From an uncultured Candidatus Saccharibacteria bacterium (GTDB lineage Bacteria > Patescibacteriota > Minisyncoccia > Minisyncoccales > JAGGXC01), in contig CAYYDV010000004.1 in the NCBI GenBank assembly GCA_964470765.1, forward strand, positions 1 to 32,264: DNA of 32,264 bases. Reading direction: 5' to 3'. The notes beneath the pieces were generated by a model. That model made no database searches. It saw only the letters and a list, made by a program, of their open reading frames with translations, and was not told where the DNA came from. Both the position numbers and the translations under genes were made by a program. Positions within the stretch are counted from its first letter, which is position 1. Each line of letters opens with the position of its first letter. Below are positions 28,078 to 32,264 of this stretch, one piece after another.

Positions 28078-28417
28078 TCCGAAATAAAAAAGATCTTCCG
28101 AAGAAGTGCTGAAAAAGAAAAGAGAGAGGAAGGAGAGAAATCTGTTCTAGATTGAGTTGGAAGCTATTGAGGGAGTTTCTAACCTAGAAGATTTTTCCTT
28201 AACCTCTCTTTAAAAGTGATTGAGTCTATTCCAGTTGGTTGGAAATTGACTACAATTTAATGAACTGTTGAAGGGATGAAAAGAAATGAGATAGAGAAGG
28301 GAGCGAAGGTTCTTGTTCTGCCTTTACTTTCTTACAGAAAGGAAGTGCAATTACCCTTTTAAGGAGACATACGTCTCAAACTTGCCTTCTCTAAAAATTA
28401 TTTCTTAGTTTAGCATT

Positions 28418-28666
28418 CTAGCTGTTTTTTATTTCTTCGTGTATTTCTGTAAAACAAGTATCTGTGAATTTCATGAGTTCTTCTTTTGAGATATTCTCTG
28501 CTTTTAGCTCAGGTTCCTTTACAAGATTACCAATTATTCTTTCTATATTCACCCACTGCTTAATAGTCATTTTTTCTCGTATAATGTATTTAATGAGCTG
28601 TACTGCTATCTTACCTTTTCTTTCCTCGCTTAGTTCTTCGTCATATATTCCGGTTCCAATAACCAA
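28418..28666 (-). CDS. 82-aa hypothetical protein
   Basis: TTGACA-18-TATAAT (28738-28709), AGGAGGTGA SD, TTG start. Confidence 0.7.
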   Translation of the reverse strand: MVIGTGIYDEELSEERKGKIAVQLIKYIIREKMTIKQWVNIERIIGNLVKEPELKAENISKEELMKFTDTCFTEIHEEIKNS

Positions 28667-28766
28667 TTTCTTTCACCTCCTGCGGTTTCTTTCATTCCCT
28701 ACATCTATATTATACCATATTTATTTATGTTTTGTCAAGATAAAACCACCCTTTTTACGAGGCGAC

Positions 28767-28790
28767 GTCTTAGAATCTATGTTGAGCGAA
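28767..28790. other. dif-like site I
   Basis: GTCTTAGAA-TCTATG-TTGAGCGAA. Confidence 0.7.
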
Positions 28791-28918
28791 TCTGTAAAGA
28801 AAAAACCTTTCTTTGACAATCCTTCTATATTATAAATCATTGCTTTAAGTTCTTATTATGATAGTATTAAAGATATTCTAAAAAGGTCAAAAAGATTAAT
28901 TATTAATCATTAAAAAAT

Positions 28919-29755
28919 ATGCCAAATACAATCTTGGGAATTTTAGGAGTAATTTTCTTTATTATTTTAATCTCAATTAAGCAGGTTAATCAGTATCAAA
29001 AGGGAGTTAAGTTTATGCTTGGTAAGTACATTGGATTGATGCCGCCCGGTTGGAGAATAGTCTTGCCCATCATCCAGTCTTATCAAAAAATAGACTTAAG
29101 AGTGAAGGCAGTAGATGTGCCGAATCAGGAGGCGATTACTAAAGATAATATTTCAGTAAGCGTTAACGCGGTTATTTACTATAAGGTTAGCGATGCTGAT
29201 AAGGCAGTTTTAGAAGTAGAAAATTTTCGTTATGCCATTTCTCAGTTAGCCCAAACAACAATGCGGAATGCTGTAGGTCAGGTAGATTTGGATGAGCTTC
29301 TTTCTCAAAGAGATAGAGTTTCGGAAAATATAAGAAATATTATAGATAAAGCTACCGATCCCTGGGGAATTAAAGTTAACAACGTGGAATTAAAAGATAT
29401 AACTCTACCAGAAGAAATGAAAAGAGTGATTGGTAAACAGGCTGAAGCAGAAAGAGAAAAAAGAGCAATAATCATTAAGGCTGAAGGAGAAGTAATTGCT
29501 GCCAACAATCTAGCCAAAGCTGCCAATACTTTATCGCAATCCAGCGGAGCTCTTCATTTGAGAACTCTTCAATCAATTAATGACATAAGCTCTGACCAGT
29601 CAAATACGATTGTTTTTGCTGTACCTTTAGAGATCTTAAGAGCCTTTGAAAGATTGGGAAGTAATTCGCCAGGAGAAAAAGGAATTGTAGGGACGATTGA
29701 AAAATTTGGAAAGAAATTCCTAGAAGAGAAAAAAGAAGATAAGGATAATCAATAA
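28919..29755 (+). CDS. SPFH/band 7 (stomatin-like) protein
   Basis: N-terminal TM, ITKDN, LAQTTMR, WGIKV, QAEAEREKRA. Confidence 0.95.
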   Translation: MPNTILGILGVIFFIILISIKQVNQYQKGVKFMLGKYIGLMPPGWRIVLPIIQSYQKIDLRVKAVDVPNQEAITKDNISVSVNAVIYYKVSDADKAVLEVENFRYAISQLAQTTMRNAVGQVDLDELLSQRDRVSENIRNIIDKATDPWGIKVNNVELKDITLPEEMKRVIGKQAEAEREKRAIIIKAEGEVIAANNLAKAANTLSQSSGALHLRTLQSINDISSDQSNTIVFAVPLEILRAFERLGSNSPGEKGIVGTIEKFGKKFLEEKKEDKDNQ

Positions 29756-29831
29756 AATAATAGAGCAAGAAATACAGAAATTAAAAAGACGGTGGATAAA
29801 AACCAACCCGTCTTTTTTAAAAAACTTAAGT

Positions 29832-29855
29832 GTCTTATCGTCTATGATGTAAGAT
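29832..29855. other. Degenerate dif-like site J
   Basis: GTCTTATCG-TCTATG-ATGTAAGAT. Confidence 0.55.
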
Positions 29856-29883
29856 TCTGGAATAAAAAAAACAGGAGAAAGAA

Positions 29884-30156
29884 TTATATTTTCTTATCTC
29901 CCTTAATTGTCTTTTTGAAGCTTTTATAATCACGGAAACCTGAAATAGCGAATGATAATGTAAAAATTGCTAGTATTCCAAGTAATATTACTGCGATTAA
30001 TATTTTTGTTTCAGATAAATCCCCCTTTAAAGCGGCTTGAGTTGTGAGACCTAACAAGAAAAGAATGGTGATTGTTAGGATAACGGCTATTCTCAGATCG
30101 TAGATATAAAGTGCCTCAAAAAGATTAACTTTCTTTTGCTTTTTTTCTCGTGTCAT
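29884..30156 (-). CDS. Small two-TM membrane protein
   Basis: Two hydrophobic helices; TTGACA-16-TATAAT (30218-30191) and AGGAG SD. Confidence 0.7.
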   Translation of the reverse strand: MTREKKQKKVNLFEALYIYDLRIAVILTITILFLLGLTTQAALKGDLSETKILIAVILLGILAIFTLSFAISGFRDYKSFKKTIKGDKKI

Positions 30157-30226
30157 TTATATATCTCCTAAAAAGAACTACTTTACTTTGATTATAAACA
30201 TTTTTTATTATTTGTCAATACTAAAC

Positions 30227-30250
30227 ATCGTCCAAGACATCCAGGCGTAT
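30227..30250. other. Degenerate dif-like site K
   Basis: ATCGTCCAA-GACATC-CAGGCGTAT; spacer is the reverse complement of the D1 spacer. Confidence 0.55.
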
Positions 30251-30338
30251 TTGGAAATAAAAAAAGGAGATAGAAATCTTTTTTATCTCCCTTGGATAGA
30301 TTGACTTTCTTTAGGTTTTTTTAAAATAAGAGTGCCCG

Positions 30339-30395
30339 AATTCAAGCACAGCGAGAATCAAGGTTCTGCCGAGCGTCAGCGAGGCATGGTTCTTA
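30339..30395 (+). repeat. REP/MITE-like dispersed repeat, copy 3
   Basis: AATTCAAGCACAGCGAGAATCAAGGTTCTGCC...GGCATGGTTCTTA. Confidence 0.7.
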
Positions 30396-30830
30396 TTCAA
30401 CGAATTTATCAAATAGCTTGATAGTTTTTTCTAATTCTGCTTCGGCTTCTTTCTTGTATTCTTCGTCTTTTCTCCATATATCAACAGTAATAGTCAGATA
30501 AGTTTTCTTCCCCGCTAAGAAAAGCGACCTTTCTATTCTTATGTCTTTATCCTCTAATTTTAAAATTCGGTTTCGGTGAATTATTATTGTTCCGATAACC
30601 TGATTAAGTTTCTCGTCTATATTCTCTCTGTTAATAAGGAAAAGCCCTATTTCGCTGTCTTCTCCTATAATTTCGGTTTTAAAGTATAAGCAGCCGTTTT
30701 TCTTCCATTTTTTTACTACCCATTGAATATTTTCAATTTCTTCGACATGTTTAGTTTCTAAAGAACGTATTTTTGCCGAATTTAAATCTGCCCTTTCCAT
30801 CGTAGACATAATCATTTCTATAAAACCCAT
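30393..30830 (-). CDS. Hypothetical protein
   Basis: GGAGG SD before ATG (MGFIEM...). Confidence 0.7.
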   Translation of the reverse strand: MGFIEMIMSTMERADLNSAKIRSLETKHVEEIENIQWVVKKWKKNGCLYFKTEIIGEDSEIGLFLINRENIDEKLNQVIGTIIIHRNRILKLEDKDIRIERSLFLAGKKTYLTITVDIWRKDEEYKKEAEAELEKTIKLFDKFVE

Positions 30831-30889
30831 TTTTAGCCTCCAATAATACACTAAAATAGATTAGATTATCTGTCAACGGCGCACCGGCG

Positions 30890-30903
30890 CGGCAGGACCT
30901 AAC
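30890..30903. other. Half site L
   Basis: GGCAGGACCTAAC identical to 27002-27014 (right arm of E). Confidence 0.55.
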
Positions 30904-30963
30904 GATTTTACATTATTAATTAAATGTTTTAATATGTTAATAGGTCTTTATGTGGTGAGGTAA

Positions 30964-31374
30964 ATGGATGATTTATTAAGTTTCAGAGAGAAATTTTTGA
31001 ACAATCCGCCTGACTGTGAAAATCCTGACTGTGAGAATTGCGATACTCCAATGACTCTTGTTAAAGAAGGTATGGTTCTCTCTTCTGAAGAACCTCCTTC
31101 TCTTCTGGGGCATGTTATAATGTTCAGATGTTCTGAGTGTAAAGGCATAAAAACTGCACTTTTTATAACAAAAGCCATAGACCTGAGAAACTTCTCAGGC
31201 CTTTTTTATTGTCGCAGTGTATTTTCGAAACAAAAAAGAGGAAGGACCAGTTGGAACTTCCTACATTTTACTTTTATAATTTCATTACTGTTTTTTCCCG
31301 TTTTTCAGTTTACATCTTTCATCTTTAAGTTGTATGATTCTCATTTTACTTTCAAGATAATCTGGTCCTCTTAA
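30964..31374 (+). CDS. Putative zinc-ribbon protein; C-terminal part probably read-through
   Basis: CENC...CSEC; ORF runs through a terminator-like hairpin near 31182-31207 and overlaps the opposite gene. Confidence 0.5.
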   Translation: MDDLLSFREKFLNNPPDCENPDCENCDTPMTLVKEGMVLSSEEPPSLLGHVIMFRCSECKGIKTALFITKAIDLRNFSGLFYCRSVFSKQKRGRTSWNFLHFTFIISLLFFPVFQFTSFIFKLYDSHFTFKIIWSS

Positions 31375-31491
31375 TTCCTTATCTAGTTCTACATCTATTG
31401 CATAGATCTTTTTCTTTGTTTCTTCATCCGAAACAGCCCTCATATCAGCCTCTACTTGTGAAAAGGGTATTTTTTCGAAAATATGCTTCAT
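31285..31491 (-). CDS. Small hypothetical protein
   Basis: AGGAGG SD before ATG (MKHIFEK...). Confidence 0.6.
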   Translation of the reverse strand: MKHIFEKIPFSQVEADMRAVSDEETKKKIYAIDVELDKELRGPDYLESKMRIIQLKDERCKLKNGKKQ

Positions 31492-31632
31492 TTCCTTTCC
31501 TCCTATATTTTTTGTATATAAAGTACTATTTTGAGTATATTTAAATATAATATATTTTTGATGAAGAGATGTCAATAGAAAAAACCGCAGTTTTGTCTTT
31601 TTTCATTGAGAGAAGCCTTCCCGAACATAGCA

Positions 31633-32127
31633 TTAAAGACCACTTTCATTTATATAATCTTCAAAAATCACCGGGATAATAACCTTATTTATCTCGCTTC
31701 CATCCTTAGCTGAATCTTCAAAAACTTCTACGATACCTTTTTTAGCATAAGGTCTAATATAGTATACATTCTTAGAAAAAGAATGTAATTCACCCAACCA
31801 GCCTTTAGCAGTAGTAAAAGTATTGGCTAAAATTTCACCACTGTCATCTTTTATCTTTATCCTGGTATTACCCTCAAAAAAGTTTGATTTACCAGAAACT
31901 TTAACCGGGCTAGTTATTTTTTGATGAGGAAAAGGAGAAACCACCTCTAAAAATTCATTGCTGGTTTTTATCTTTTTCTCTGGAATCTCTGTTTCTGACT
32001 CTTTGACCTCTTCTTTCTCCATCTCTGAATACTGCCAATAAGTAAATCCTCCAACTAAAAGAGCTAGAAGGAGAATAAGGGTGATAGCTAGAGGGGCAGA
32101 TATTCCTCTGTTGAGATTTTTGATTAT
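31633..32127 (-). CDS. Membrane-anchored Gmad2-like immunoglobulin-domain protein, probable ATA start
   Basis: ITSPVKVSG, FFEGN, EDSAKDGS; in-frame upstream NRGISAPLAITLILLLALLVGGFTYWQY has no ATG after the preceding stop. Confidence 0.75.
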   Translation of the reverse strand: MIKNLNRGISAPLAITLILLLALLVGGFTYWQYSEMEKEEVKESETEIPEKKIKTSNEFLEVVSPFPHQKITSPVKVSGKSNFFEGNTRIKIKDDSGEILANTFTTAKGWLGELHSFSKNVYYIRPYAKKGIVEVFEDSAKDGSEINKVIIPVIFEDYINESGL

Positions 32128-32264
32128 AATGTTTTTTTTGATTAATTAGTTATTGACCTTTTTATTATTCTACCACAAAATCCTAATAAAAGAATGTTCG
32201 GATGGCTTCCTTCCTTCTTTATCTATTTCGCCTTTTAATATTCTTGTGCTTGAGATTGGTTTTC

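Noticed and set aside
614-29768. Short ORF-track entries antisense or out of frame within larger genes (e.g. 614-799, 3445-3735, 18285-18623, 20001-20255, 24566-24844, 28464-28835)
   Set aside because: Shadow ORFs of well-supported genes, with no motifs or translation signals.
19694-30903. Classical integron
   Set aside because: The recombinase shows no IntI-specific insertion, no attC-type RYYYAAC...GTTRRRY long hairpins were found, and cassettes have their own promoters and mixed orientation.
19694-32264. Prophage or ICE
   Set aside because: No structural, replication, relaxase or conjugation genes; the recombinase is Xer-like.

Overview
AT-rich bacterial chromosome segment, most likely from a Patescibacteria/CPR (Parcubacteria-like) genome. 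This is inferred from SD-less core genes, a stand-alone pilin, the rpmA/small membrane ORF/uppS arrangement and a bifunctional PGI/PMI. Core genes (dnaK, dnaJ, tRNA-Lys, S41 protease, rplI, pyrG, rpmA, uppS, GMP synthase subunit B, prs) lie mostly on + up to about 19.6 kb, and genes lie mostly on - after that. The switch coincides with a XerC/D-like tyrosine recombinase and a dif-like 9-6-9 bp site in its 5' region, suggesting the replication terminus. The main discovery is an array of self-contained gene cassettes (promoter, SD, small ORF, terminator). Nine consecutive intergenic regions from 25.0 to 30.9 kb each contain a variant of the same dif-like site (GTCSCACAA-N6-TTGTGSGAC). The 6-bp spacers fall mainly into two recurring classes and occur in both orientations. 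This looks like an integron-analogous, Xer/dif-based gene capture and shuffling system without IntI or attC. A second accessory array (2.9-8.6 kb) is punctuated by a repeated hairpin/promoter unit. Five genes appear to start at ATA, and several structured non-coding stretches are present. All calls come from reading the sequence; no searches or folding programs were run.
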